Origin: Eledone cirrhosa
Lineage: Eukaryota
Length of the DNA: 64,000 nt
Assembly: GCA_964016885.1 (NCBI GenBank)
Contig: OZ024747.1
Location: 14,260,001-14,324,000, forward strand
Direction: 5' to 3'
The notes beneath the pieces are model-generated. The model was given only the letters and a program-made list of their open reading frames with translations, was not told the DNA's origin and did no database searches. Positions within the stretch are counted from its first letter, which is position 1. Each line of letters starts with the position of its first letter. The translations under genes and the position numbers were made by a program. Below, one piece after another: positions 42,582-58,502 of this stretch.

Positions 42582-43662
42582 TAGTATTAAGGATACTATT
42601 TATGGTTATGTATATACTAAAACGTTTTATAGTTATATATATTTTAAACCCTAAACAGTGAAAGACAGTAATTTATTACTACCTTATTACTAGTAAGATA
42701 AGATAACTATATATATATAGAGAGAGATTACAATAATCAAAGTTCAGTTTAAATCATTTATTTGCTTACAATTGTTTCCTCCAAACCGAATCATCGTGGA
42801 TTGTGTGATAGACCTGTAGTCTATATATTGCGTTTCATGGACTGTGTGAGTGGTGATGTGTGCGAAGACAGTGGTGCTGTTTTGCCTATTTTATAATATG
42901 TTTTGTGATATGTTTGATACTTTTGATATTTTGGTGTTTCTCTACATTCGGGATTGTATATCATACAGGTGTATGCGAAAAAATGATTTAACAATACGGT
43001 CCACATGATAATATTGATTGCCTGCTTTAACTGCCTGATTCTACAAGTAACAATCTGCCGCACTCTAATCCTGTATAAATAAGACACGCGTGCATGCTAC
43101 ACGTGAGATTGTTCCATACACTGACTACTCTAAACTTTCCTCTTGCTTTATCTTCATAAACTGCCAATGTTTTATTTTTATTTTTATTTTTATTTTTATT
43201 TTTATTTTTATTTTTATTTTTATTTTTATTTTTATTTTTATTTTTATTTTTATTTTCATTTTAATCCTTTAACCTTTATATGTAAATTGCCATGCTATAT
43301 CATTATGATGGATGTCAACCCACTGTGGGTCAATATATGCATATGTTTTTATATGTCTCTTGTGTTGAAAAGGAGGTCAAGTATGTTATAGATCACTAAA
43401 TAGTTGCTCCGAAGAATCCAAACCTCGGTTTGGAGGAAACAATTGTAAGCAAATAAATGATTTAAACTGAACTTTGATTATTGTAATCTCTATATAACTG
43501 CTCTGTAAAACAACTGATGTTATTACATTGAGCTATTTATCTTACTGGTAATAAGGTAGTAATAAATGACTATCTTTCACTATTTGGGGTTTGTATATGA
43601 AAAATATATAACCATAAAAGGTTTTATTATATACATAACCATAAATAGTATCCTTAATACTA
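42582..43662. mobile_element. ~1.1-kb element with ~210-240-bp inverted termini in (TA)n
   Basis: 42582-42789 is an inverted, diverged copy of 43425-43662. Confidence 0.85.
43403..43453 (+). ncRNA. Type I hammerhead ribozyme (U4C variant)
   Basis: ttgct CCGAAGA a tccaaac-ctcg-gtttgga g GAAA CAATTG TA agcaa. Stem II is a perfect 7 bp, stem I is TTGCT/AGCAA, and the cleavage triplet is GUA. Confidence 0.65.
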
Positions 43663-43784
43663 TATATATATATATATATATAGATAGATAGATAGATAGT
43701 TAGTTATAGATATATAAATATATATTATTCAATAACGTGTACGCAATTCTCTCAGCTGTCAACAACATACGGATATATGTATAT

Positions 43785-44123
43785 TAGTGTGGCCCTTAGC
43801 AATAGGTAATTTTCCGAAAGTTAACATTTTACCTCATACCTGTGCTCTGTCCCCAGCTTTGCAAGTTGCATTCCCCATAATATTTATCGTCACTTATCCT
43901 TCTAATACTAAGAATAAATCTGAACAAGTTTTTAATTTAAGAGAAAATTATATAAAAGATAAAAAAATGACTTTCCGGGCGAAAACTTCAAAATTTCACG
44001 GTCGACGAGGGTCGCCTTGCAATTGTCCCCTTGAGCTAAAGATTTGCATAGGTTGGTTGTTTGTTAATAGAAACAAGATTGTGGGAGCTAAACTTGCAAA
44101 GTTGAAAAATAAGGGCGACCCTA
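43785..44123. mobile_element. MITE-like element with 14-bp imperfect TIRs
   Basis: TAGTGTGGCCCTTA ... TAAGGGCGACCCTA (12/14 match). A related terminus, CTTAGCAATAGGTA..TTCCGAAAGTTA, lies at ~40602-40645. Confidence 0.55.
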
Positions 44124-44178
44124 ATATATTTATAGTCTTCACATTTATATATATATATATATATAGATAGATACATAC

Positions 44179-44257
<79 letters not shown>

Positions 44258-44275
44258 TAGATACATACACACGCG

Positions 44276-44324
<49 letters not shown>

Positions 44325-44442
44325 ATGTGTGTGTGTGTGTGTGCATATATATTTATATGTACATACATCTGTATGTACATACATCTGTATGTACATACAT
44401 CTATATGTTCACACACACATATATATATTTATATATACATAT

Positions 44443-44502
<60 letters not shown>

Positions 44503-44508
<6 letters not shown>

Positions 44509-44663
44509 GATATTAAAAATTGGAAACTATATTTATAAAACCATATTTATTTCATTATACATATTTCAAGGATACCAAGTTAAATTATGGCATGCCTTCA
44601 TCAGACAAAATACAATATATACCAGTTTTATAAATATAGTTTCCATTTGTTAATATCGTATAT
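44503..44663. mobile_element. 39-bp-arm foldback enclosing a hammerhead, abutting (TA)n
   Basis: ATATACGATATTAAAAATTGGAAACTATATTTATAAAAC and its near reverse complement at 44625-44663. Confidence 0.8.
44549..44611 (-). ncRNA. Type I hammerhead ribozyme
   Basis: Minus strand reads attttgt CTGATGA aggcatgcca-taatttaact-tggtatcct t GAAA T ATGT A TA atgaaat. Stem II is 9 bp with one bulge, stem I is 7 bp with GU pairs, and the triplet is AUA. Confidence 0.7.
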
Positions 44664-44748
44664 CTACTCCAAATACTTGTCGAGTGCTTTATATCAGTTA
44701 TAAAAATATTTGCTTGTTGTATCCCAACAATTTAAATAGAACTTTTGC

Positions 44749-44782
<34 letters not shown>

Positions 44783-46490
44783 GTATATATATATATATGT
44801 GTGTATGTATGTGTGTATGTGTGTGTGTGTGTGTCTATGTGGGTGTGTGTATGTGTGCTTTGGTATTCATAAGTACACGTTGATTTTCTTCCACACGGCC
44901 TCATTAACAACTTTATTAATTTTTACATAAAAAAATTTCATAAGCAATACTCCTCTCTTGCGTGACAATGGACTCTCGAGTTTCATATATAAGTGATTGA
45001 TTTGAAATATAAAGTCATTTAACGATGAAAGAAATCCGGTATACATACATACATACATGCATCCATCCATCCATCCATACATACATACATACATACATAC
45101 ATACATACATACATACATACATACATACATACATACATACATAATTTGTGAAATTAAAAAACCAGAAGAACATATATACATTCATACATTCATATGTATA
45201 TATATATATATTTGTGTGTGTGTTATATATGTGCATGAATGATAAGATGAATGTATATAGGTATGTATGTATATTTATACATATACATAAATGTGTACAT
45301 ATTTATATGCATATATATATATATGTATATATATACATATAAATATGTACACGTTTATGTATATGTATATTTATACATTTATACATCCATCCATACGTTC
45401 ATGCACACACACACACACATATATATATATATACATATATATATATTTATATATACATATACGCATGTATATATATGTGAGTGTGGGGTGTGTCTGGGTG
45501 TGTGAGCGTGTGTGAGTGTAAGTGTGTGTGCGTGTGTGTATGCACATTACTTATCTAATAAATAAACATTTGATTAGCTGGAATATTAGTTAATAAACAG
45601 ACAAATTAAAACCCGAAGCTACAAAACACTTCGATTGCACGTTAAATTGACAGTATTTGTGAAAAGCATTAATATATAGCATAATTATAATTAAAAATGT
45701 TCTAATTAATAAAAGAAATTTAAAAACTATAATCAATTTTGTCATTGTGTGATTGTTTTTTTTTTAACTAATAAAATATTGAAATCGTGTTTACATATTT
45801 GACAACCATAATTTAAAAAGTTTTGAATCAATTTTATGTTATGCTTTGAAGTCAATATATTTAATTTATTTCTGAAATGATTTTAAACAAAGAAATTAAG
45901 AAATTTCTTCTAATTTTCTAATGAAAATACACTAAAAGTGGGACCCTGACTCACAACATAGTTACATACCCAATTTAATACATTCACAAACAAACGTAAA
46001 TATATGAACACACACAGAACACAATAACACTCATACATTTGAGAAGAAAATCAAAGTAGTTTTCTGTAAAAATGATGATTTAAACAATGACGATTGCTAT
46101 AGTTCATATAGATAAGTTCCTTGATCAGTAAAGCCATCCAAACAATTTCAGTTCCCTGTTGAAGTTAATGTCAATAATATCATTATCTTTATGTTTGATA
46201 ACAGTTGATCTTGAGTTAAACGGTAGCTACAAATACAGAAAATTAAAAATATATAAAGTAAATGTTAATCATTGGAAACTTTGGTCTAATTCCCTTAGAC
46301 TAGATTGCACTCTTTTAAGAGCCATGTACGAAGTAATAAATATGATTCCATTGCCAGATAGAAAAAATAAGGGAGGCTTTGTTAACACTGAAACATAATC
46401 ACTTTTATAATGTTTTAACATGACAGAAAAGAAGATGAATTCATAGCTTTATATTGAAAGTCTCAAAGAAACACTTAGAAACACATACAC

Positions 46491-46559
<69 letters not shown>

Positions 46560-46576
46560 TATATAAATATGTGTGC

Positions 46577-46615
<39 letters not shown>

Positions 46616-46632
46616 CATCCATCCATCCATCC

Positions 46633-46686
<54 letters not shown>

Positions 46687-46779
46687 GTAAATGTGTATGT
46701 ATATATATATGTATATATATATGTATATATATATATGTATATTTATATATATACAGATATATATATGTAAATATGCATG

Positions 46780-46815
<36 letters not shown>

Positions 46816-46853
46816 CATACATATATATATATATGTAAATATGTATGCATGTT

Positions 46854-46943
<90 letters not shown>

Positions 46944-48501
46944 CATGCATATATACTTACAGATGCGCTTATATCGATAATATGTTTGCGTATTTAATAC
47001 ATATCCCATATTCAACGAATATTAACGATTGCTTATGCATATATTCATAGATTTCAAGAAGGGTAAAGAAAACCCAACGAAATACCTATAAAAAAGAAAG
47101 TTCCTCACACATACATGTATGTATGTATGTATGTATGTATGTATGTATGTATGTATGTATGTATGTATGTATATACGTATCTATGTAAATATGTTATGTG
47201 TGGATATATGTATGTATGTACGCATGTAAGTATCTACCTATGTATGTATGTACGTATGTTAGTATCTACCTATGTATGTATGTATTATGTAAGTACCTAC
47301 CTATATATGTATGTATGTATGTATGTATGTGTGTATGTATGTGTGTATGTATGTATGCATCTGTGTATGTATGTAAGTATCTACCTATGTATGTATGTAT
47401 GTATGCATCTGTGTATGTATGTATGTATGCATCTGTGTATGTATGTAAGTATCTACCTATGTATGTATGCATGTATGTATGTATGTATGTAAATATCTAC
47501 CTATGTATATGTGTATGTATGTAAGTATGTATGAATGTACGTGAACATTAACATACGTTTATATTCATTAATACACACACACATACACACACATACTCAC
47601 ACAGACAACATATATATGTCTACGTGTGTATATATATAATTATACGTATGTTTTTTTATATTTCTCTGTATATTCAAAACATTGCAAGTCTTGCTTTAAA
47701 TATATAAATACATAAAAATAAGGTAAATTTATAAATAAAGAAACAAAACTACAGAAAAAACCAACAAAACAATAATATAACCACAACAACAACATCAAGC
47801 AAAAAAAAAAAAATAAAACAAGAAAAAAAAACAAGTAAGGAACAAAAATATTAAATACAAACTGTATTAAAGATGAAGGATAACGTTTAAGGTTTGTGAA
47901 AGATTGCATAATTGCCATGCCAGTCTATTGTTGTTTGTTATTGTATATAAAGTTATTGAGTATTTTCGTAGATATATCGGAAAAGCACCATTGATAGAAC
48001 ACAAAAAGTCTGACGCGAATGGTCGGTATAGGAATGAGAGAAAAAATAATATGAAAAACAAGAACAAAAAAAAAGGCGTTTCTGTTGAAACAGCCATTAT
48101 ATGCAATAGAATGCAGATAATACTGTTCACTTATAAAAGTATAGGAATATCAAAAGACCTCACATGCAAATTATAATTTTCCAAATGACAAAAGGCATTG
48201 TTTGGAAAACTTTTCAGTTGATGCGAAGGCTGGTCGTTTAGACAACTTTTCAATGTTATGCTGTGCAAAGGTGAACAAATACCGCCATTGCTTAGTGGAT
48301 AGACATGCAAGGATTGTTACAAAGTAACAAATAAACAAAACCAAATTCTATGTTAGATGTAGGCAAAAGAAATAACTTCAAAAGATTAAAAAAAGAATGA
48401 AAAAAAGGGAAGAAAGGAAGTAACATAGAACTAAAGAACCAACACAAATACTCATTCTATTATTACCATTATTATTACCATTACTATTATTATTAATGTT
48501 G

Positions 48502-48594
<93 letters not shown>

Positions 48595-49051
48595 TTATTG
48601 TTGTTATTGTTGTTGATATTATTTTGTTGTTGTTATTATTATTATTTTGAAAAAGTAGACATTAATGTCCATAAGTCTTTTGTTGTGTTAAATACAGGTA
48701 TTTTGGTTCAAAGATTTCCTTTCCTAAGGTTTTATCGCACGCGAAGACTTTAAATATATGCATACATATTCCACTGTATGTACATTAATGTACATATACC
48801 TTCATTATATCAGATTTTTATTGTGTTTAGTTGTATTGATCTCCATGCATGGATGAATAAATTATCCACTGTATCTTTATACTTCAGCTCCGGTTAATGT
48901 ACTTTCGTCTGTTTATCAGCAAATAAATAAAATTTCTTTTCTTTCATTTTTTCCCCCTCATATTTTATTTTTTGGTTGTTTTCAGAAAGCTTTGCTGGGA
49001 CGACACATTATATTAATTAGGTCTTCAAATTATTATTTCATATGTCTTTTA

Positions 49052-49090
<39 letters not shown>

Positions 49091-49114
49091 TATACATATG
49101 TATGTGTGTATATA

Positions 49115-49181
<67 letters not shown>

Positions 49182-49186
49182 ATATA

Positions 49187-49277
<91 letters not shown>

Positions 49278-49286
49278 ACATACACA

Positions 49287-49317
<31 letters not shown>

Positions 49318-50378
49318 AGTGTATATATATATACATAAATATAGCATAGTGTATTATAGTAAACAATAATATTATATACCCGGAATGCTATAATATTTTA
49401 CATTATTTATATTTTACACGAAACAGGCTGAACATAAAAGCTTGATATGTAAAAAGAATAAAGATATCAGTTTAAAATAAAGCCCAAATATTTTACGTGT
49501 TAGGGCTATTATCTATTATACAATTATTCAAAATTAACGACATTTATTACTGAATGTATCTATATGTGAATGTCCACCAAGTCTTTTAGAAGTATAGAAA
49601 TTTTGCTTGCTTCTAGAAATAACCTAATATTTTAAAAGAATAATGTAGCTGGTTCAATGGAATATACGTATTTTCTACATTAGTTAGCCTCATATGTTTG
49701 CAATGGAGAAAACAATATGGTACATATAGTGTACAGTGTAGATAGAATCGGTAAAAAGTTAGATTAATTGTGTTAAATTTCGTTTTCACTCTTTTCCTCT
49801 GGCTCTTAACTTTTGATAGTGTCGTGTGGACTCAATTGTGACATATGGCATATCTTAGGCATTTCAAAATCTGAAAGTGCCTATCATTCTTTTGGTTTCA
49901 GCATAGCCGATTTTTTTTAGAGGGAGAAAAATAGAAATATCGAAAAGAAGAATTGACTCCAATATTGGGCTGACATCATATATATTAACCTCGAAATGAT
50001 GAAAGGAAAAGTTGACTTTGGTAGAATTAGGACTAATAGCACAGAGAGCCTGAAAGACTATTACAAAGCATTTTGTTTGACATGCCAGTGGCTTTGCCAA
50101 TTCCAACAAGATTCCTATTACTAGGTTCTGAATTATTTGTTTAACTCAGTCCGGAATTGGTTTTGCTATTCATCAAAGCGAGATCGATGAAGCGAATAAT
50201 ACTGCAAATAAAACTATAAATAATACGCAAGCATTGATGGGCTGGTGCTTGTCATATACCTATGTCGTTCCGGGTTTTAACCGACTACGTGGCACTTTAA
50301 GCTAGTGTTTTCTTATATAACATCATATTAAAGAATACATTATGAATAGAATTTGGTAGACAGTAGTATGTACACACG

Positions 50379-50500
<122 letters not shown>

Positions 50501-50837
50501 TATATCTACATACATATATACATACGACAACATTAATGGTAACACATTGGTCCGGCAAACCAAAGATATGGGTACGTGTCCCATGTACGTCGACACTCAT
50601 CCTCTTTTCCATTCCGAGGGGTTTTATTAAATCCCATATAACAGACTAATTCTATGTAGTCAACCAAGACATAAGCACATGTTACTACCTAATTTTCAAA
50701 TTCGCTAGCTGTTTGTAAACAAAGCCTGCTTTGTGACTCCTTACATACATAAATGTTTACATACACACGCACACACTCATAAACACACACATGCACACGA
50801 ACACAAAGGCGCGCACAAACACACACGCACACACACA

Positions 50838-51026
<189 letters not shown>

Positions 51027-51482
51027 GTACATGTATATATATATATTGTTGACACTCATCGTTTGCCATGAGGAGTGCTCCAGTTGCCTTAATTAACGGA
51101 AATATCTACTCGTGAAAGTAACGAGTAAGCAGTTCCGTATTCTACAGGCACGTGTACTCTGGTACTCTGATGTAGTTCTCAGGACGATTCAGCATGACAC
51201 AATGTATGACGAGGCTATGCCCTTAAATTACAGGTGCAACAACACACATTTGCCAGCTGGATGGACAGGAGTAACGGGAAATATAGTGTCCTACTCAAGA
51301 ACACAACGTACCACCCAGTTTAGAAATCTAACTCAAAACCTTACCTTCGCGAGCCTAGTTCTCCAACCACTACGTCTTCATTATAGTCATTACGGGGTCG
51401 ATAAAATAAAGTACCAGTAATACACTGGGTAATTGCTGGCCTTATGCCTAACGTAGAAACAATTATAGTCATTATACATACA

Positions 51483-51723
51483 GAAAACTGGGAGAGGGCA
51501 CTTGCCTTGGTGGTCAGGGTCACTGTGGCCTTTTACTGGGCTTTCTCCACAAATGTCGCTCCGAAGTCTCCCCCTATTGGGGAATTTTTCATTGTTATTT
51601 TTTTTGTTACATCCTCTGTTTTTGTTTTTTACACGCAGAAATGCCCATTTGTACCGTCCTGTATTGTCCTGCACTGTCCTTAATGTCTACTTTATGTAAA
51701 CCCTTGTGGTTAATAAAGAAATC
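51483..51723 (+). mobile_element. 5'-truncated Tx1 LINE copy (3' UTR only) with 12-bp TSD
   Basis: Near-identical to 17297-17536. The TSD ATTATACATACA is at 51471-51482 and 51724-51735. Confidence 0.95.
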
Positions 51724-51730
51724 ATTATAC

Positions 51731-51859
<129 letters not shown>

Positions 51860-51954
51860 ATTGTTACATACGGGTCAGCGAAACTGTACAGTCGGGACTA
51901 TGAAGAAAAAATAGGTATATATCTGTGTCTATTATTTCCTCTTATTTTATAATT

Positions 51955-52074
<120 letters not shown>

Positions 52075-52141
52075 TACTGATACATTGGAAACGATGTTAT
52101 AATTGTAGCACGTTTCATTGCGATATTTGGCAGTATCGATA

Positions 52142-52353
52142 TTTGGCAGTATCGGTAGAGGGTCGGACGCCATGCTTTGCAACATAGAGTTACGGCCCTT
52201 TGTGATCTGAGTTCAAATCCCGCCGAGGTTCACTTTGCCTTTCATCCTTATGGGGTCGATAAAGTAAAGTACCAGTCACGCACTGGGGCCGATTTAATCC
52301 CCCCGCGCCACCGAAAAAACAATTGCTGGCCTTGTGCCTATATAAGAAACCAA
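52142..52353 (+). mobile_element. SINE copy (long variant)
   Basis: Full head-body-tail match to the family at 1-657. Confidence 0.9.
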
Positions 52354-53949
52354 TATTTATTCTGTACCAAATTACAGACGCTCCCTTGAACCATATCACC
52401 GTCAACATTTCAGAGAAGCAATAATTATACAATTGTATATCTGTACCCAATGGCGTACTTGATTAACATTTGCGACAACATTTGCGACAAAAACAAAAAT
52501 AAATCATACTCTTCTATCTTAGAAATAGAATATCACTTTGGATAAAGTGAGGAATAAAGAAAGACGAGGAGGCCATGTTTGATACATGTTTAGTCATAGG
52601 CCTGTTTGATCAGGATCAACTTAATGATAAACAAGAAATATAACATAAACACGTGTACTGTAATAGACTGATTAACTACGTCACGCTGGAATATGTAATA
52701 CAGTAATTAACTACACGTAGCGTAGTAAATCGAAAGCAACGGATTAATGAATTTACAGATCTATGGATCAAATCTTTAAGTGGCTGTTCAATCTGCTAGA
52801 AGTTTCAGTCAAATTTCCTCAAATCATCCCACCCGTCTTAACAAATAGAATGGGCACGCCGGGCACTATAATTCTAGATATACAAAAACAATGAATATAA
52901 ATGTTCGCGGGTAAACTGTGACTGACAACAACAATAACAACAACAAAAATAACAACGGTAAACAGCCAAATACTTTCAATATATAGATCTGCTCAGCCAG
53001 CGCTGACCTCGTCTACAAAGCAACAACACTAGCAGCAGCAACAATAATATTATCAATAATAAGAATAGCAACAACATCAATAGCCATAATACATCTTCAT
53101 ATAAACATACTCGCAGACAAATTTATCACACAATGACAGACAATAAATATAAAAAGAGATACAGCTTTACACATATAGCTGAAAACATACACTCATATAG
53201 AAACACAAAAATAAACTCGAGTAACACCATCAACCGCAGAATACATAATATCATATATATAAAAAAAAAAAAAAAAAGCTAGCGGGTCATGTTACAAGAA
53301 ATTTGCATCAAGCACGTAAGAAAACAGAAACTGGAATATTATCAATATTTTAGATTAAAATTTGAAATTAAATTAAATGGTAAATATAGAATATTTATCA
53401 GTAAACTAAGTCTTTTCTTAATAATAATAAAGTTTTCAATGAAAGTTTAGCTGGATTAGTTAGACTGTTAGAACATGAGGTCAACTTTTTTTCTTTCATT
53501 CATTCGAGGTCAATAAAAAAATTACCAGTACTGGGTCGATTCTTCCCATGAATCTCTTTTTTACCTCTTATCTATTACTCTCTTTCTCTGGAAGAAATAG
53601 GCTGTGTTCAGACCTGGAAAGGAAATGGGCTCTGTTAGGCTAAAAAAATGCCATAGAAATGCTGTATGTCATTACTGTGCCCCTACAACTCTCACAGAGT
53701 TACGAGTGTATACATATATAAAATAGGAAATGAATGGCTGCATTTAAAATACACCACAAAAATTCGACAGACATATATATATATCAAGAACACAAGGATA
53801 AATGAGACGTCTGCAAATATAAAATATTTGAAATATTTATTACAAACCTAAAAAAAAATACAATTAATTGAAAAAAGGAATAATGAAAATAGCTACAAAC
53901 GAAAACAAACTGTTTTCCGTCTTCAATGATATATAAAACAGGGACTGAG

Positions 53950-54710
53950 GTAACAAAACAACTGCGAAAGGGATAAAAGAAACAATATGAAACTAAAGGA
54001 AAAAAGACAACCAAAAATATACATTATAAACAGGATTACACAATACCTTTCTCTGGCTCTGATAAGAACATCTCCACCATTGTCAATACACAGCAGAGCT
54101 GTGTTGATATATCAGAAATAGATAAAGCAGGAGTGAATAGAGAAAAAATCCAAGACCTGGTTGAGAAGCCCGGAACTGCTGAAAGCAAAGTTTTTTGATT
54201 GAGACATAAGACCAAAGCCCTCTCACAAAAATCTTCCAAAAAACATATAAATTAGCACAACATAAAATATAACTGCAGAATACACAAAGTTTGTGAATAA
54301 ACAATCAACAACATTGCTGCTGAGTGATAAATGTTCGGAAAAACAAAATATGTAACAGACACAATAGTGTAGAAGCTTACATATACTGGGAACTATTCCA
54401 ACATTATGGAATACCTTTGAAAAAACGTGATAGTACAAGCATACATCACAGAGGAGAAGAATAGGAAAATGCCCAGAGATTATCGACGAAGAATATGAAT
54501 AAAAAATAAAACAAAACAAAAAAACAAAATGTCTTCTAATCGACAACAATATATTTCAGTAAATAATGGAGAAGCTATCAAGATATAAAACCTTCAAAAT
54601 AGAGATAACCAGAATGTAAGGAGTGAAAACAGAAAGAATCCTCATAATAATAGGTACCCTGGGAATGACAAATCAAGAAGCATGCAAATATATCATCAAA
54701 TCGTTAGAAC
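53950..54710 (+). pseudogene. Highly degenerate RLE-type (R4/Dong-like) LINE 3' region
   Basis: [31 protein letters not shown] corresponds to EKLSKYxxLxIEIxRMW..PVVIGALG. Confidence 0.6.
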
Positions 54711-54720
54711 GTATGTGTGA

Positions 54721-54797
<77 letters not shown>

Positions 54798-54830
54798 CAT
54801 ATATACACATATATATTTACATATATATAC

Positions 54831-54887
<57 letters not shown>

Positions 54888-54973
54888 GGAGGTGAGTTTT
54901 ATTGTAGTACAATAAAGCAATGCAGATATCGGATAAGAAGCACTCTACAGTTTGTAGGACTGGAGTATGCATA

Positions 54974-55280
54974 ATATAAGATCAAAAGATGGTTAAAGGA
55001 GTTCCATGTATTTTATTATGCGCATTTCAAAAACAAACATCATCATGCAATAATATTTGTGTTTTCATCAGATAAAACAGGAGAACATGATATGAAGGCT
55101 AAAAAACACTTGTGGATAGTGTATGTAGATTTAAAACTGCACTATCCACAAGTGTTTTTTAGCCTTCATATCATGTTCTCCTGTTTTATCTGATGAAAAC
55201 ACAAATATTATTGCATGATGATGTTTGTTTTTGAAATGCGCATAATAAAATACATGGAACTCCTTTAACCATCTTTTGAT

Positions 55281-55287
<7 letters not shown>
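54974..55287. mobile_element. Perfect ~148-bp-arm foldback carrying two opposed hammerheads
   Basis: 54974-55121 is the reverse complement of 55140-55287. The right arm abuts (TA)n. Confidence 0.9.
55182..55252 (+). ncRNA. Type I hammerhead ribozyme (mirror copy 55009-55079 on minus strand)
   Basis: tgttttat CTGATGA aaacacaaatattattgcatgatgatgtttgtttt t GAAA T GCGC A TA ataaaata. Stem I is 8 bp, stem II is long, stem III is the palindromic TGCGCA, and the triplet is AUA. Confidence 0.75.
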
Positions 55288-55364
<77 letters not shown>

Positions 55365-55389
55365 CATACATACATACACATATACATAC

Positions 55390-55421
<32 letters not shown>

Positions 55422-55594
55422 ATATATATATATATAAACATACATATATATATATACATCACTAGAAGAGGTAAATATTTAAATCGTATTTTAATTTATT
55501 TAAAAGATTGTTTAATGTTTACTTGTTCCGCTCATATATATATATATGTATATATACACACACACACACACACAGACACACAGACACACACACA

Positions 55595-55685
<91 letters not shown>

Positions 55686-55696
55686 ATACACACACA

Positions 55697-55767
<71 letters not shown>

Positions 55768-55768
<1 letters not shown>

Positions 55769-56541
55769 TATAAAGAAAAAGAGATGAAATCGAAAATGCA
55801 ACTGGAGTCTTATTTTAAAAAAAAATATATATATTTATTTGGTTCCTTTACCGGTTTCGCAGTTCTTCTGCTTTTCAAAAGGTGAGTTGAGATGGAGGGT
55901 CTGTGGTTTTTCTCACATCTGGTTGGTCTCTGAATGTTACTTGTTTTATATGGAAAAAGTGGCTCGAAATGCCAGGTTTTTCGAGAAGTAATTTGATTGA
56001 TTTGTCAATAATTATAATAAATTTCGCGCCAGTTCGCGCTACAATAGTTCTTCAAACAAGAGGGGGGGGGGGGGGGGTTGTCGCAGGTTGTTTTTTCATA
56101 TATGAGTGTTTGAATTTCTTTTTACTTGAAAAAAGGAGGCTCACGAAGGCTTTTTTTTGGTTGGTTATAAATGAGCCTCCTTTTTTCAAGTAAAAAGAAA
56201 TTCAAACACTCATATATGAAAAAAACAACCTACGAAACCCCCCCCCCCTCTTGTTTGAAGAACTATTGTAACGCGAACTGGTGCGAAATTTATTATAATT
56301 ATTGACAAACCAATCAAATTACTTCTCGAAAAACCTGGCATTTCGAGCCACTTTTTCCATATAAAACAAGTAACATTCAGAGACCAACCAGATGTGAGAA
56401 AAACCACAGACCCTCCATCTCAACTCACCTTTTGAAAAGCAGAAGAACTGCGAAACCGGTAAAGGAACCAAATAAATATATATATTTAAAAAAAAAATAA
56501 GACTCCAGTTGCATTTTCGATTTCATCTCTTTTTCTTTATA
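55768..56541. mobile_element. ~375-bp-arm foldback with 28-bp spacer abutting (TA)n
   Basis: 55768-56143 is the reverse complement of 56172-56541. The ORF track shows the same peptide on both strands (55903+ and 56407-). Confidence 0.92.
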
Positions 56542-56834
56542 CTTTCACTCGTGTAGGACACCTCGGTTATTTTTCATTTTGTAAAAAAAACCTCACTTTC
56601 TAATATATATATATATATATATATACAGCATGTCCCCGAATGGGTTTCCTCATAATATCTAGACCTACTAAAAATGGTCTAATAAATATTCCTATACTTA
56701 TAACTTTACAAGTTGCATTTTTATTTTTTTTGCTTTCGTTCTATGAAAGGTCATTGACCTATGGTCGGATTGATGAAGACAGACCTGGAACTATCCTTCT
56801 ACCATCAATCTCCTTAACCTTCTATTTCTCATCC

Positions 56835-56884
56835 TTACCACCACCATCACCACCACCACCACCACCACCACCACCACCACCACC

Positions 56885-56918
<34 letters not shown>

Positions 56919-57586
56919 TCATCACCACCATCACCATCACCATCATCATCATCACCATTACCATCATCATCATCCCCTACCATCACCATCATCATAACCA
57001 TCATCATCACCATCATCATCATCATCATCACCATCATCATCACCATCACCATCACCATCATCATCACCACCATCACCATCATCACCATCACCATCATCAC
57101 CATCACCATCACCATCATCATCATCATATGATGGTGTTATCACCCTACCCACATTTTTTATACATATTCTGTTGTCTACTCCACTGATTGTAGTATATAC
57201 ATGTTCCGGCTCTTTACGTGTAGAGTTCGAGCCCCATCGAGGTCAACTTAGCCTTTCATCGTGACGTGGTCGAAACATAAACTACTAGTCAAGTCTTCTT
57301 CTTCCAATCGCATCCACACTTATAACTGTTGCTTGTGGTCGTGATAGGCTTAGCATTATCTCATCAATACTCCCAGGGCCCCCGCATGGGCGCTCCTGCC
57401 TTGACCCCCCACTACCCAAGTAATGGAACGATTTAACCTCTTTCCTAAATTTCTGTCCTTGCAATCTATGCTCGAAATAATAATTTGTTCATTACTATTC
57501 GTAATAGTAGCAATGGTAGTAGTCGTAGTTGTAGTAGTAGTAGTAGTAGTAATAGTAGCATCAGCAGAAGTAGTAGTAGCAGTAGC

Positions 57587-57642
<56 letters not shown>

Positions 57643-57670
57643 CAGCAGCAGAAGTAGTAGTAGCAGTAGC

Positions 57671-57720
<50 letters not shown>

Positions 57721-57837
57721 CAGCAGCAGCAGCAGCAGTAGTAGTAGGTAGTAGTATTAGTAGTAGTAGTAGCAGCAGCAGCAGCAGCAGCAGCAGTCGC
57801 AGTAGTATTAGTAGCAGCAGCAGCAGCAGCAGTAGTC

Positions 57838-57880
<43 letters not shown>

Positions 57881-57947
57881 CAAGAGCAGCAGCAGTAGTA
57901 GCAGAGCAGCAGTAGTAGTAGTAGTAGCAGCCGCAGCAGTAGTATTC

Positions 57948-57981
<34 letters not shown>

Positions 57982-57991
57982 CAGCAGCAGC

Positions 57992-58056
<65 letters not shown>

Positions 58057-58066
58057 CAGCAGCAGC

Positions 58067-58128
<62 letters not shown>

Positions 58129-58310
58129 CAGCCGCAGCAGTAGTATTCGTAGTAGCAGAGCAGCAGTAGTAGTAGTGGTAGCAGCAGCAGCAGTAGTAGT
58201 AGTAGTAGTAGTTGTAGTAGTAGTAGTAGTAGTAGTAGTAGCACACAGCAGCAGCAGTCGTAGTAGTAATAGTAGTAGTAGTAGTAGCAGGAGCAGCAGC
58301 ATCAGCAGTC

Positions 58311-58380
<70 letters not shown>

Positions 58381-58502
58381 CAGCACACAGCAGCAGCAGT
58401 CGTAGTAGTAATAGTAGTAGTAGTAGCAGCAGCAGCAGCAGCAGCAGCAGTCGTAGTAGTCGTAGTAGTAGTCGTAGTAGTAGTAGTAGTAGTAGTAGTA
58501 GC
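56835..58502. repeat. (CAC/CAT)n tract (56835-57126) and (TAG/CAG)n tract (57500-58502)
   Basis: Read directly from the sequence. Confidence 0.9.
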
